Counted from the stretch's first letter, positions 1-9,883 are shown. The stretch is DNA of 64,000 nt from Eubacteriales bacterium (GCA_045632305.1 JAZQWL010000010.1:3399-67398), one strand, 5' to 3'. Notes: generated from the letters alone by a model not told the origin. Program-made: numbers and translations.

Positions 1-2
1 TT

Positions 3-134
3 GGCGGCAGAGAAGAGGACATTCCTTACCTTGCGCATACCGCCGCGTACGGAAACGGAAACGGTGGCACACTCGGTAGCTTCGTTGTGCTTCACGAGGA
101 AGACATGGCAAATATTTATAGATTGATGCTTTAA
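3..134 (+). CDS. C-terminal fragment of an unidentified protein (gene begins upstream of the window)
   Basis: Frame is open from the window edge to TAA 132-134 (...GTLGSFVVLHEEDMANIYRLML*). A strong terminator hairpin follows directly. Family not recognised. Confidence 0.3.
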   Translation, partial: GGREEDIPYLAHTAAYGNGNGGTLGSFVVLHEEDMANIYRLML

Positions 135-168
135 AAAAGCGCTATCACCAATCGGTGATAGCGCTTTG
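133..168. terminator. bidirectional intrinsic terminator between convergent genes
   Basis: Perfect 12-bp stem AGCGCTATCACC/GGTGATAGCGCT (138-165) with loop AATC. An A-run lies on one side and a T-run on the other. Confidence 0.65.
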
Positions 169-172
169 AGTT

Positions 173-616
173 TTATTTGATTTCGTTTGCGAATTCTTTG
201 GCTTCCTTTGCAAGCTCGATGGCTTCTTCGTTTGCCTTTTCTGCATCCTCGCAAGCTGCGTTGAAGTTTTTCATTACCTCCTCGGGGGTGAGGGTGAATT
301 CGGGCGCGGGGGTTTTCTTTGCTTCGGTTTTTGCTTTATATTCGGCGTTGAGGCGGGCAAGCTCGATAAGGTAGACGTCGATCTTATTTACGCATGTGCC
401 GATCTTTTCGGTAAGCTCTGCCTGTACTGCTTCATCGTCGGTCTTGAGCTTTTTATAAACGTACGCCCCGAGGAATTTATATTCGTCGGAGATATTTTTT
501 CTCTTTGCGATAATCTTGATTTTGAGTGTGGCAAGCTCGCCGAGCTCCTCGCCCTTTTTAGCTGCCTTTTTGGCGATTTCCATAGCGTCGTTATAAATTT
601 TATTGAAGTCTGACAT
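173..616 (-). CDS. hypothetical Lys/Glu/Ala-rich, probably coiled-coil protein
   Basis: 147-aa ORF ending at the terminator. Compositionally protein-like. No family recognised. Confidence 0.5.
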   Translation of the reverse strand: MSDFNKIYNDAMEIAKKAAKKGEELGELATLKIKIIAKRKNISDEYKFLGAYVYKKLKTDDEAVQAELTEKIGTCVNKIDVYLIELARLNAEYKAKTEAKKTPAPEFTLTPEEVMKNFNAACEDAEKANEEAIELAKEAKEFANEIK

Positions 617-746
617 AATTTTTCTCCTATGTCTTTTATTTCTTGAATTTATTATAACCTTTTTTTACCCGTTTGTCAAGCGGTATAATTTTTCGCATCG
701 CGCGCAAAATATGTGTAGAATATTTGAAAAGCGAGGGGGTGTTTTC

Positions 747-1190
747 TTGGACATTCAAAATGAAAATTACAAAAAATACGCCAAGGCGCACGCGCCGAAA
801 TCCAAGGTGCTGACAAATACGATAAAGGCATTTTTATCGGGAGGACTCATTTGCGCTATCGGTCAGGCGTTGAAGGTTTTATATTCGGGATTCGGACTTG
901 AGGAGCGTGACGCCTATATGGCGGTATCCATAACGTTTGTATTTATTGCGGCAGCTCTCACAGGACTTGGAATTTTCCCGAAGATCGCCAAGCACGCGGG
1001 GGCGGGAACTATCGTGCCCATTACGGGATTTGCAAACTCGGTGACCTCGGCGGCGATAGATTCCAAAAACGAGGGTTGGGTGCTTGGCATGGGCTCGAAG
1101 ATATTTACGGTTGCGGGGCCTGTGCTTTTGTATGCGGTTCTGTCGGGTACTGCATACGGGATAATTTATTTTATCAGCACGCTTTTTTGA
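747..1190 (+). CDS. spoVAC: stage V sporulation protein AC (SpoVAC/SpoVAE family membrane protein)
   Basis: Carries SpoVAC-like blocks (KAFLSGGLICAIGQ, HAGAGTIVPITGFANS, GSKIFTVAGPVLLY), and its size of about 147 aa fits. I moved the start to TTG 747 because a GAGGGGG RBS lies 7 nt upstream. ATG 711 is an alternative start. The 603 start in the ORF track overlaps the upstream gene. Confidence 0.8.
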   Translation: MDIQNENYKKYAKAHAPKSKVLTNTIKAFLSGGLICAIGQALKVLYSGFGLEERDAYMAVSITFVFIAAALTGLGIFPKIAKHAGAGTIVPITGFANSVTSAAIDSKNEGWVLGMGSKIFTVAGPVLLYAVLSGTAYGIIYFISTLF

Positions 1191-1677
1191 GTATTTTAAG
1201 GGCGGCATCGGCGTCTCTTGACACAATCAGAACGGCGTAGTTTTGAATGCTTATCACTTTTGCGCTGTCGGTATATTCCGTAAAATTCTCACCGTAAAGC
1301 TTCTTTATAGAATCAATGCGGGAGGCAAGCATTCGAGAGGTGTCAATCAGGGCTTCGGGTGTAGCGCAATATATTGCGGCGAACTCGCAAGGGTGCGACC
1401 CGCTTGGCACAAAGATACTGTATGACACCCAATCCTTCTTATACCGTTCGATATTCGGCTCTCCAAAATAGGCGGAAATCAGGCGGTCGGACAGGTAATT
1501 TTTATCGGTCGGATCGAGATCCGAGGAGTATATTTTGCCCGCGGGGAGGCCCATTTCCGATTCGCACAGGGCGGAGACAATTGGCTCTGTTTTGGGTATC
1601 TCGGGCGGTTTTGCGCAGGAGACGGTTGAGAACGGCAAAAAAAGGGCAATGATCAGTAAAATGACACGTTTTGACAT
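1174..1677 (-). CDS. putative lipoprotein (DUF4358-like)
   Basis: Signal peptide with lipobox (LPFSTVS-C). The C-terminal half resembles DUF4358-type Clostridial lipoproteins, judged from memory. Confidence 0.55.
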   Translation of the reverse strand: MSKRVILLIIALFLPFSTVSCAKPPEIPKTEPIVSALCESEMGLPAGKIYSSDLDPTDKNYLSDRLISAYFGEPNIERYKKDWVSYSIFVPSGSHPCEFAAIYCATPEALIDTSRMLASRIDSIKKLYGENFTEYTDSAKVISIQNYAVLIVSRDADAALKILKKAC

Positions 1678-1771
1678 ATATACCTCGCGTGGTTTTTATT
1701 ATATTGATATGACAATGCAAGTCGGTATATACTATTGTAAATTCTGCATTTTGCACTCTGCGCTCTGCACT

Positions 1772-1790
1772 AAAAAAAGCCCTTGCGGGC
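1772..1790 (-). terminator. intrinsic terminator after rlmH
   Basis: On the minus strand, GCCCGCAAGGGC is followed by TTTTTTT. Confidence 0.55.
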
Positions 1791-1794
1791 TTTT

Positions 1795-2277
1795 TTATTT
1801 ATGATATTTTGTTCCTTTGATTATGGTCATGCATCTATAGACCGCTTCGAGCAGAATGGGGCGCATGAGCTGATGCGGAAAGGTGAGCTTGGAGACGGAA
1901 AGCTTTATATCCGCTACGTTTTTTACACTGTCATGCAGTCCGTGTGACGAGCCGATGACAAACACGATCTCGCTTGTTGTGGAGAACGCGCGGTCGATTT
2001 TTTCTGCAAGCTCCTCGCTTGAGAATTGCTTGCCTTCAACACACATAATAATTTTATATGAGCGGTCGGGAATGGCGGAGAGGATCATTTTTGCTTCCTC
2101 TGAGAGTGCCTTTGATATCTCGGCATCCGAGGGATCCTGCGGCACCTTATATTCCTTTAAGTTGATATTTTCAACGCGGCAGAATCCGGAGAGCCGTTTT
2201 TCATATTCTGCAACCGCTTCTCGAAGATAGCTTTCCTTGAGCTGACCGACGGTTATGAATTTAATCGTTGCCATCAT
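1795..2277 (-). CDS. rlmH: 23S rRNA (pseudouridine1915-N3)-methyltransferase RlmH
   Basis: 160 aa with SPOUT/RlmH-type sequence along the full length (ITVGQLKE..., VFVIGSSHGL, LSKLTFPHQLMR). Confidence 0.85.
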   Translation of the reverse strand: MMATIKFITVGQLKESYLREAVAEYEKRLSGFCRVENINLKEYKVPQDPSDAEISKALSEEAKMILSAIPDRSYKIIMCVEGKQFSSEELAEKIDRAFSTTSEIVFVIGSSHGLHDSVKNVADIKLSVSKLTFPHQLMRPILLEAVYRCMTIIKGTKYHK

Positions 2278-3073
2278 TTCCTCCTACAAGCCACACGGGG
2301 CACTTGGGGGCTGCCACGGTGAGATTTATTTCGGGATCTGCGATAGCGCAGAGGGTCTCGTTATACGCCACGTCGGGGCGGTTGTTTTCCTCGCTCAGAT
2401 GCGCGAGCATGATGTTTTTTGTGCCGTTTACCGAAAGAAGGGCTGCCAGAGCCGCGCATTCGGGGTTTGCGAGGTGTCCGCGCTTTGAATGTATACGGAG
2501 CTTAAGCTCATAAGGGTATCTACCCTCCATGAGCATTATCTCGTCGTGATTTGATTCGATGATTACGCTCTCACAACCGAGGAGGTTGTCGCGCACCTCG
2601 TCCGTAACGTATCCGATATCCGTGGCAAATCCGATGCTTTTTTCTCCGTTTCCGTCGGCAAACGAAAGCTTGTATCCGACAGATCCGCAGCTGTCGTGCG
2701 GTGTCGGGAATGCCTTGATCTTAAGGCCGTTTATTTTTACCTCGAAATTCGGATCATCGTGAAGGATCATTTTGGAGAAAAGCGCCTCATCGCGAAGACC
2801 GTAGAATTTTTTCTTTGCGCAGGAGAGGAGAATATGAATGTCGGAGGAATATTTGTGAGAAAACGTCTGAAGCGCCGAGGTGTGGTCGGTATGCTCGTGA
2901 GTGATAAATATTGCGTCGATATCATTGGGGGATACGCCTATAGAGTCGAGCGCTTTACATAAGTTTTTTGCGCTCTTGCCCGCGTCTATGAGAATATTGG
3001 CGCCGCCCGCGGAAATGTACGTACAGTTACCGCCCGAGCCCGAGTATAGGCAGCATATTTTATAATTTGCCAT
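2261..3073 (-). CDS. MBL-fold metallo-hydrolase (YycJ/WalJ-like)
   Basis: HxHxDH motif (ITHEHTDH). N-terminus LYSGSGGNCTYI is typical of the YycJ group. Confidence 0.8.
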   Translation of the reverse strand: MANYKICCLYSGSGGNCTYISAGGANILIDAGKSAKNLCKALDSIGVSPNDIDAIFITHEHTDHTSALQTFSHKYSSDIHILLSCAKKKFYGLRDEALFSKMILHDDPNFEVKINGLKIKAFPTPHDSCGSVGYKLSFADGNGEKSIGFATDIGYVTDEVRDNLLGCESVIIESNHDEIMLMEGRYPYELKLRIHSKRGHLANPECAALAALLSVNGTKNIMLAHLSEENNRPDVAYNETLCAIADPEINLTVAAPKCPVWLVGGNDGND

Positions 3074-3074
3074 G

Positions 3075-3521
3075 TTAACCTCCTATAAGCTGCGAGAAAA
3101 TGCCGCTAAGATAGGGGTCCCATACAAACAGAATGAGCGCGTCCACACCGATGGGGCAGAGGAAGGGAATTATTACGTACATAAGCCATTGTGATTTTCT
3201 TATCCGTTCCTCGCCGTCCTGTATGTAAGCTGCCTTTTTTTCGGCATCCCAGACGTCGGGGAGCATTTCGATTGTTATACCCTTTCGGGTAAACGCGCGG
3301 TTATAGACTATATAGACAACAAGTGACGCGCCGAATATCGCCATGTACGCAATATGAGTTACAAATTGCGCAATAGGTGGGAGGGAAGGAACCACTCCGA
3401 AGTATATGAGAATATTTATAAAAGAGAGCGCGGCGATAATTCCCGCCTTTTTTCGCGCTTCGGGGAATACCGATTTTTTGGGCTGCCCTCTTTTTATATC
3501 GTGGAGATTTCGTTTTTTCAT
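3075..3521 (-). CDS. hypothetical integral membrane protein
   Basis: 148 aa with 3-4 hydrophobic helices. Tightly packed between flanking genes. Confidence 0.5.
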   Translation of the reverse strand: MKKRNLHDIKRGQPKKSVFPEARKKAGIIAALSFINILIYFGVVPSLPPIAQFVTHIAYMAIFGASLVVYIVYNRAFTRKGITIEMLPDVWDAEKKAAYIQDGEERIRKSQWLMYVIIPFLCPIGVDALILFVWDPYLSGIFSQLIGG

Positions 3522-3531
3522 ATTAAAGTCC

Positions 3532-4815
3532 TTAAATAATCTTTATCGCTCCATGCTGACGGATCTGGAGAGTGAGGCAAGCGCCTTCACCGAACGCCGC
3601 GTTCATAAGGGTTGCAAAGCCCTCGGCGTCCTCCGACTTTACGTATGCCTGAATTGTGCCCGCAAAGCCGCCACCGTGAACTCTGTACGCGCCATCTCTA
3701 CTGTTAAGATACGCTTCGGCAAGCGAAAGCGCAATGGAAAGCCCCTGCTCGCGAATATTTTTTACGGTATAAACGTTCTGAAGGTAGCAGAATGAGGATT
3801 TTCCCGATGCTATAACGTTTTCAAAATAAAGTGCGAGATCGCCATCCTCAAGCGCCTTTTTCTGCGCCGTTACGCGCTTGTTTTCCGAGAAAAAGTGGAT
3901 AGCGCGCAAAATCGCGCGGTCTCCGAGCTTTTCGCGCAGAGCGGGAATGCTTGCTATAACGTCGGCCTCACATGTCTCTCGGAGGACGTTCTTGCCGAAA
4001 TAGTGGGCAATGGATTTCATTTCGTTTGGAATGGCGGCGTAATCGTCTGTAAGGTCTGCGTGATTTCCGCCCGTGTCCACGATGCAGAGCTTGTATCCCG
4101 CCGCGGTCAGATCGAAGCTCATGGGTTCAATTTCAGGCGCGCTTGTATCCCCAAAGTCAATAGCTACGATGCCTCCGTGGGCGCAGGCAACCTGGTCCAT
4201 AAGACCGCAGGGCTTACCGAAGAAATTATTTTCCGCCCATTGAGCGAGCTTTGCGATCTCGACATTGTCAATTTTGCCGCAGTTATAGAAATAATTGAGA
4301 ATATTTCCGATCATTACCTCAAATGCCGCGGACGAGGAAAGTCCTGAGCCCTTGAGTACGTCGGACGTTACGTATGCGTCAAATCCGCCCGTCGTAAATG
4401 CGTGATCCGAAAAGCCGCGGCACATTCCCGCGATAATAGAAGCGGACGTGCCGAACATATTTGTGTCGGGGGAGGTGTATTCGCTGATATTTACCGTGAT
4501 CTCATCGTAACCGCAGCTCTTTACTCTGACAAGAGAATCCTCTCTTTTTGCCGCTACGGCAATAATATCGAGATTTATCGATGCGGCTATAACACAGCCG
4601 CGGTTGTGGTCGGTGTGATTGCCTGAAAGCTCGCTTCTGCCCGAAACCGAGAAAACCGAGATCTCGCGTTCAGCCCCGTAAAGTGAGGCGAATTCGTTGA
4701 TTGCTGAAATGTATCTTCGCTTTTGAAGATCGAGCTTGTCGCGTCCGTAAAGCTCGCAAAGAGTACGGTCAAGACGTCCGTCTTCAATATGGGAAATAAG
4801 AGACGTGAGTATCAT
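3532..4815 (-). CDS. galK: galactokinase-family GHMP kinase
   Basis: Galactokinase signature GRSELSGNHTDHNRG and GHMP ATP loop GSGLSSSAAFEV. Confidence 0.75.
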   Translation of the reverse strand: MILTSLISHIEDGRLDRTLCELYGRDKLDLQKRRYISAINEFASLYGAEREISVFSVSGRSELSGNHTDHNRGCVIAASINLDIIAVAAKREDSLVRVKSCGYDEITVNISEYTSPDTNMFGTSASIIAGMCRGFSDHAFTTGGFDAYVTSDVLKGSGLSSSAAFEVMIGNILNYFYNCGKIDNVEIAKLAQWAENNFFGKPCGLMDQVACAHGGIVAIDFGDTSAPEIEPMSFDLTAAGYKLCIVDTGGNHADLTDDYAAIPNEMKSIAHYFGKNVLRETCEADVIASIPALREKLGDRAILRAIHFFSENKRVTAQKKALEDGDLALYFENVIASGKSSFCYLQNVYTVKNIREQGLSIALSLAEAYLNSRDGAYRVHGGGFAGTIQAYVKSEDAEGFATLMNAAFGEGACLTLQIRQHGAIKII

Positions 4816-4831
4816 TTTTTATCCTTCCGAA

Positions 4832-5077
4832 TTAATATTCGTTTTTGATTTTTGTAAGGCAGTCCTCACAGATGCGCTTGCCGTTGAAATATACGACGTT
4901 GTTTGCGTTGTCACAGAAAATGCACGCGGGGTGATACTTCTGAAGAACGATTCTGTTGTCATCGGCAAAGATCTCGATAGCGTCGCCGCTTGCGATCTCC
5001 ATTGACTGTCTGATATTGATGGGAAGAGTGATTCTTCCAAGCTCGTCAACCTTTCTTACTACTCCGATGGGCTTCAT
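4832..5077 (-). CDS. AbrB/SpoVT-family transition-state regulator with C-terminal Cys4 cluster
   Basis: N-terminal swapped-hairpin motif VRKVDELGRITLPINIRQ. C-terminus has CIFC...CEDC. Confidence 0.8.
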   Translation of the reverse strand: MKPIGVVRKVDELGRITLPINIRQSMEIASGDAIEIFADDNRIVLQKYHPACIFCDNANNVVYFNGKRICEDCLTKIKNEY

Positions 5078-5116
5078 AATTATTGCCTCCTTTGATCAAT
5101 TTTTTACTATACGTAT

Positions 5117-5145
5117 ATTATACCATAGCGAAATATGTCTGTCAA
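5117..5145 (-). promoter_or_regulatory. sigma-A promoter of the abrB-family gene
   Basis: Minus strand reads TTGACA-17 nt-TATAAT, with TG two nt upstream of the -10 (extended -10). Confidence 0.6.
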
Positions 5146-5271
5146 CACAGAAAAATGGAAATTAATGTAAAAATATGTAAAATTTTGTAAATGAAAACTT
5201 GCTCAAGCGAGGATTAAAGTGTCACCCGTCAAGTCAAGAATAATCAAAAAAATCAAAAGGAGGGCTAATTT

Positions 5272-5547
5272 ATGCTTAAGGGCGCGCAGAAGAGAATGAT
5301 AGTTGTGAAAACGGCAGACAGCCGAATTTTCGAGGAGGCGTATTTTATGGTCAAGACGAACTATGATTGCGAGGAGCTTGATATGGTGGCGGAGGCGGAG
5401 CGGATAGTAGAATCCGCGATGCCAAGCGGGAAGAGGAAAAAGGGGGCGGACGGAGGAAAACGAAATCTTTTATTCGGGATTGTCGGCATGATCGTGGGCG
5501 CTGCGGTCGGAGTTCTTGCTACTTTGATTTTTGTAATTCTTATATAA
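5272..5547 (+). CDS. hypothetical small protein with C-terminal transmembrane anchor
   Basis: GGAGGG RBS lies 8 nt upstream of the ATG. 91 aa with a C-terminal hydrophobic helix. Confidence 0.5.
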   Translation: MLKGAQKRMIVVKTADSRIFEEAYFMVKTNYDCEELDMVAEAERIVESAMPSGKRKKGADGGKRNLLFGIVGMIVGAAVGVLATLIFVILI

Positions 5548-5549
5548 CC

Positions 5550-5578
5550 TTGACAAAACGGAAATTTGGGTGTATAAT
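5550..5578 (+). promoter_or_regulatory. sigma-A promoter upstream of the RNase J leader
   Basis: TTGACA (5550-5555), 17-nt spacer, TATAAT (5573-5578). Predicts a 5' UTR of about 155 nt. Confidence 0.6.
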
Positions 5579-5741
5579 TATCTGTGATGTAAATGCATAT
5601 TTACTTAGACTTTTGGCCGCAGAGGTCGGCTTTATATATTTACAGTTTAAAATACACGAGTTCCGATTCTGTCGCAGAATATGGCAGAATTACGAGAGCT
5701 CTTTTCCGTGATGCGGAAAAACACAGAGAAAGGAGTATTTG

Positions 5742-7865
5742 ATGGCAAAATCAAATCAGTCAAAGGCAAGCGCCAGAGCGCATGAGGAAATTAAAGAAGC
5801 TCGCGCCGAGGCCAATGAATTTATGAGTGAGAGTAAGGCAAATCCCAAGGTTCCGAATTATGCCAAGACCAAAAAGGCGAGCGGTAAGAATGCGAAGCCC
5901 AAGACAGCTGATACGCCCGTAACCCCTAAGGCGGTCAATGAAAACGGTAAGGTCAAGGCGAAAACTCACGCAAGAAAAAAGAAGAGCGCTCAGCTTACAA
6001 ACGAAGCGGCGACGGCAGAAATAGATGCAATGCTCGCAAGAATTTTTGACGTGGAGCCCGAACCTTCCGCGGCAGCTCCCGTTGCTTCAAAGGGTAAAAA
6101 AGCGGCTACCGCCGTTGAAAAATACAACAAGGACAACGTATCTGTAAAGGAACGAGGCACTCGCGCCGTGAGCACGCGTCCGAAACGCGAGGTCAGTGAG
6201 ATTTCGGGAAAGGTGAAGATCATTCCCCTGGGCGGACTTAACGAGGTCGGAAAGAATATGACGGTTATCGAGTACGGAGACGATATTATCATCGTTGACT
6301 GCGGTCTCGGTTTTCCTGACGAGGAGATGCCCGGTGTTGACCTGGTAATTCCCGACACGACTTACCTTGAAGCGAACAGGGACAAAATACGCGGTCTTGT
6401 GCTTACTCACGGTCATGAGGATCATATCGGAGCTATTCCGTACGTTCTTCGCAATATCAATCCCCCGATCTACGGCACTCGCCTGACGCTCGGAATTCTT
6501 AAAAACAAGCTCAAGGAGGTATCACTCCCGAATAACCCGAAGCTCATCTGCGTGAACGCGGGAGATAATATCAAGCTCGGCAAGCTTTCGTGCGAATTTA
6601 TTCACGTAAATCACTCGATTGCGGACGCCTGCGCGCTTGCTATCAGAACACCTCTTGGAATCATTCTTCATTCGGGTGACTTCAAGCTCGATCTTACGCC
6701 CATTGACGGCGAGATCATGGATCTTACAAGACTTGGTGAGATCGGTCGCGAGGGAGTTCTGCTCCTTATGTGCGAATCCACAAACGCTCACCGTCCGGGA
6801 TCCACCCCGTCCGAGAGGAAGGTAGGAGCATCGCTTGATTATCTCTTTACTATGCATAAGGACAAGAGGATCGTTATAGCGACGTTTTCCTCGAACGTTC
6901 ATCGAGTTCAGCAGATAATCGATAATTCTTACCGTCACGGACGCAAGGTTGCCATTACGGGAAGAAGTATGCTCAACGTTATCGGAGCGGCTATGGAGCT
7001 TGGCTATATGAACGTTCCTGACGGAGTTCTTATCGACCTTGCGGAGGTTAAGAAATACAGCCCCCACGAGGTAACGCTCATTACTACGGGAAGCCAGGGC
7101 GAGCCCATGAGCGCGCTTTACAGAATGGCATTCAGTGAGCACAGAGAGGTTCAGCTTGGAGCCAGTGACGTGGTTATCTTATCATCGAGCGCGATCCCCG
7201 GCAACGAAAAGCTCATAGGCAACATTGTAAACGAGCTTCTCAAGCTCGGCGCGAAGGTTATTCACGACGCGTCGGTTGAGGTACATGTTTCGGGACATGC
7301 GTGTCAGGATGAAATAAAGCTTCTTATGGCACTGACAAAGCCGAAATATTTTATGCCCGTTCACGGCGAATACAAGCATATGGCGGCAAACCGTGAGCTT
7401 GCGCTTCACATGGGCATAGAGCCGAAAAATATTTTCGTTTCGGACATCGGTAAGGTGCTTGAGATCGATAAATATGATGCCAAGTGGGGAGGTAGCGTTC
7501 AGGCAGGCAAGGTGCTGGTTGACGGCTCTGGCGTCGGAGACGTCGGAAGCGTTGTGCTTCGTGACAGAAAGCTTCTCTCTCAGGACGGACTTATCGTTAT
7601 CGTTGCAAGCGTCAGTGTTGACGGCGGCTACGTTCTGGCAGGCCCTGACATAGTTTCGCGCGGCTTCGTTTACGTAAGGGATTCCGAGGATCTTATGGAG
7701 GAGATGAAGCACGTAGCGGTCGATTCCATGATGGAGAGCTTGCAGAGAACTAATAATGCGGATTGGTTCAAGATCAAAAACAAGGTCAAGGACGATATGG
7801 CGAAATTTATTTTTTCAAAAACTCGCCGCAGACCTATGATCATTCCGATCATAATGAATATTTAA
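5742..7865 (+). CDS. rnj: ribonuclease J with a ~155-aa basic low-complexity N-terminal extension
   Basis: Beta-CASP MBL motifs (IIPLGGLNEVGKNMTVIEY, LTHGHEDHIGAIPY, HVSGHA). ATG 5742 lies 7 nt after AAAGGAG. Confidence 0.9.
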   Translation: MAKSNQSKASARAHEEIKEARAEANEFMSESKANPKVPNYAKTKKASGKNAKPKTADTPVTPKAVNENGKVKAKTHARKKKSAQLTNEAATAEIDAMLARIFDVEPEPSAAAPVASKGKKAATAVEKYNKDNVSVKERGTRAVSTRPKREVSEISGKVKIIPLGGLNEVGKNMTVIEYGDDIIIVDCGLGFPDEEMPGVDLVIPDTTYLEANRDKIRGLVLTHGHEDHIGAIPYVLRNINPPIYGTRLTLGILKNKLKEVSLPNNPKLICVNAGDNIKLGKLSCEFIHVNHSIADACALAIRTPLGIILHSGDFKLDLTPIDGEIMDLTRLGEIGREGVLLLMCESTNAHRPGSTPSERKVGASLDYLFTMHKDKRIVIATFSSNVHRVQQIIDNSYRHGRKVAITGRSMLNVIGAAMELGYMNVPDGVLIDLAEVKKYSPHEVTLITTGSQGEPMSALYRMAFSEHREVQLGASDVVILSSSAIPGNEKLIGNIVNELLKLGAKVIHDASVEVHVSGHACQDEIKLLMALTKPKYFMPVHGEYKHMAANRELALHMGIEPKNIFVSDIGKVLEIDKYDAKWGGSVQAGKVLVDGSGVGDVGSVVLRDRKLLSQDGLIVIVASVSVDGGYVLAGPDIVSRGFVYVRDSEDLMEEMKHVAVDSMMESLQRTNNADWFKIKNKVKDDMAKFIFSKTRRRPMIIPIIMNI

Positions 7866-8058
7866 CCGCCGATCGCAGAAAAAAACTGATATATTATTAA
7901 ATAATTTGTATATAAATAATAAAAGTTTTACGATTATTCATAATCAGTTCAATATGCCTTCACTTAATCGTTGTATAATAACACATATTTGTGAAATTAT
8001 ACCCAAATTGTAATTTCAGGAAAATAAAGCCCGCGTATGCGGCATGGAGGAAAATAAA

Positions 8059-9777
8059 ATGGGAAAAGGTAGCAGAAACAAGCTCGATAGAGCTCAGGCG
8101 CAGATCGACAGCCCTGAGGCATATCTTGCAGAAAGACGTAAGCTCAACAAAAAAAATCAGAAGAAGACAGGCCTTGGCGTAACGATCACATGTATCGTTC
8201 TCGTTGCTGCAATTCTTCTTTCAATCGCGTTCTTCGCGCTTAGCGCAACAGGCGTGTTCGCTCGTATGACAAACACGATCCAGACAGAAAACTTCGTAGT
8301 AACTGAGTCCATGATGCAGTTCTTCTACAACGAGTATATTCTCAACTGGGTTAACAACAGCACAAACCAGATGTACATTATGTACGGTATGATCGATTTC
8401 TCCGGTGACCTCAGAACTCAGAAGTGCACTATTGCAGAATCCGGCACATGGTACGATTACTTTTTGGCAGGCGCTATTGATAACGCAACTATGTACCTCG
8501 AATACGCTGAGGGTGCAAAGGCAGCAGGCTTTTCTCTCGACGACGAGGATTACAAGGAGATCAACGAGACTGTTAAGGCAATGAAGAAGGCGCTCAAGGA
8601 GAGCGGCGAGACAATTTCCGACAGATACGGTGATTCCGTTTCCGCAACAGACGTAAAGAAGTGCTATGAGCTTATCTATCTCGCATCCAAGTTCAACGAT
8701 GCAAAGATGGAACAGCTTGAAGCGGCGGCTCGCGCTGACGATGCGAAGGTATTGGCATATCCTGAAGCACACAAGTCTGAATATTATTCCGCAAAGTACA
8801 TTTCTTACACTATCACAGTAAGAAGCGATGACGTAAAGCTCAGAAACGAAGCTCTTCTTGAGGAAGCAAAGGCAGAGGCAAAGGCAAACGCAGAGGCGAT
8901 TGCAGCTGCAAAGGATACAGAGGCATTCTTCGAGCTTATCAAGGAACACCTTGCAAAGGTTGAAGAAACAACAACTTCCACAGAGGGCGCAACAACTGCA
9001 GCGGCTACAACCGCAAAGGAACCCAAGTACGAGGATTACACGAAGGAAGCTACTTACGGTGAATCCAGCGATCTTGAAAAGTGGCTCTTCGTTGAAACAG
9101 CTCAGGAAAACGACGCTAAGGTTATTGAAGAAAGCTCCACCGAAAACAAGAAGGCATCCGACGGTACAACAAAGAAGGTTGACGTATACAAGTACACAGC
9201 ATACATGGTAATCAGCCCCAAGGCGCTTGACACAGACCTCACACTCAAGCTCGGTTACATCATTTCTTCCGATAAGGCAATTGTCGAAGAGCTCAGAGCA
9301 GCATTCCTCGCAGGCGATACAAAGACAGCTGCAGCTCTCGATGAGATCGGCCAGGCGAAGTTCAAGGAGCTTAGCGAGGCAGGAAGCACGATCCAGCTCG
9401 GATCCGGCTCAAGTAAGAATGCTAAGTCCGACTCCTTCAAGACGTCCTACAAGGAATTTGACGCATGGCTCAATTCTCAGGATAGAAAGCCCGGAGACCT
9501 TTCCGATGTTATCACGATTGCTCCTACTAAGGATGGCGCTACAACTTATTACATCGTAGGTTATTTTGAAGATACATCCGATCCCGTATGGAAGGCACAG
9601 GCCATCGGCGCTATCGTTGGCGAAGGTATGGATGAGTGGTACAAGGGCGTTGACGGCAACGGCGGTCAGCTTGCTTTGACACCCATCGAAAAGAACGAGC
9701 GCTCTCTTAAGGGTATCAACGTTTCCAAGTATTTCCTTAATCTTGCTTATAATTTGATGGCAGGAATGAATGCCTGA
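8059..9777 (+). CDS. membrane-anchored extracytoplasmic protein, loosely PrsA/SurA-N-like, no clear PPIase motif
   Basis: GGAGG RBS before ATG 8059. Basic N-tail, single TM, large Ala/Lys/Glu-rich ectodomain. The end region (WLxxQDRKPGD...YYIVGYF) recalls Clostridial PrsA-like proteins. Confidence 0.45.
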   Translation: MGKGSRNKLDRAQAQIDSPEAYLAERRKLNKKNQKKTGLGVTITCIVLVAAILLSIAFFALSATGVFARMTNTIQTENFVVTESMMQFFYNEYILNWVNNSTNQMYIMYGMIDFSGDLRTQKCTIAESGTWYDYFLAGAIDNATMYLEYAEGAKAAGFSLDDEDYKEINETVKAMKKALKESGETISDRYGDSVSATDVKKCYELIYLASKFNDAKMEQLEAAARADDAKVLAYPEAHKSEYYSAKYISYTITVRSDDVKLRNEALLEEAKAEAKANAEAIAAAKDTEAFFELIKEHLAKVEETTTSTEGATTAAATTAKEPKYEDYTKEATYGESSDLEKWLFVETAQENDAKVIEESSTENKKASDGTTKKVDVYKYTAYMVISPKALDTDLTLKLGYIISSDKAIVEELRAAFLAGDTKTAAALDEIGQAKFKELSEAGSTIQLGSGSSKNAKSDSFKTSYKEFDAWLNSQDRKPGDLSDVITIAPTKDGATTYYIVGYFEDTSDPVWKAQAIGAIVGEGMDEWYKGVDGNGGQLALTPIEKNERSLKGINVSKYFLNLAYNLMAGMNA

Positions 9778-9883
9778 AAATGACATAAACAACAACGAAA
9801 TGGCGGGAAATATTCCTGCCATTTTGCTCGATTTGAACATATAATAAAAAAGAAAGTTCCAAGACCCGAAAGGAGTATTTAAA

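Noticed and set aside
603-746. Upstream extension of the spoVAC ORF (195-aa version in the ORF track).
   Set aside because: The extension overlaps the start of the divergent gene at 173-616 and encodes a non-homologous hydrophobic stretch. A good RBS precedes TTG 747, which gives a canonical SpoVAC length.
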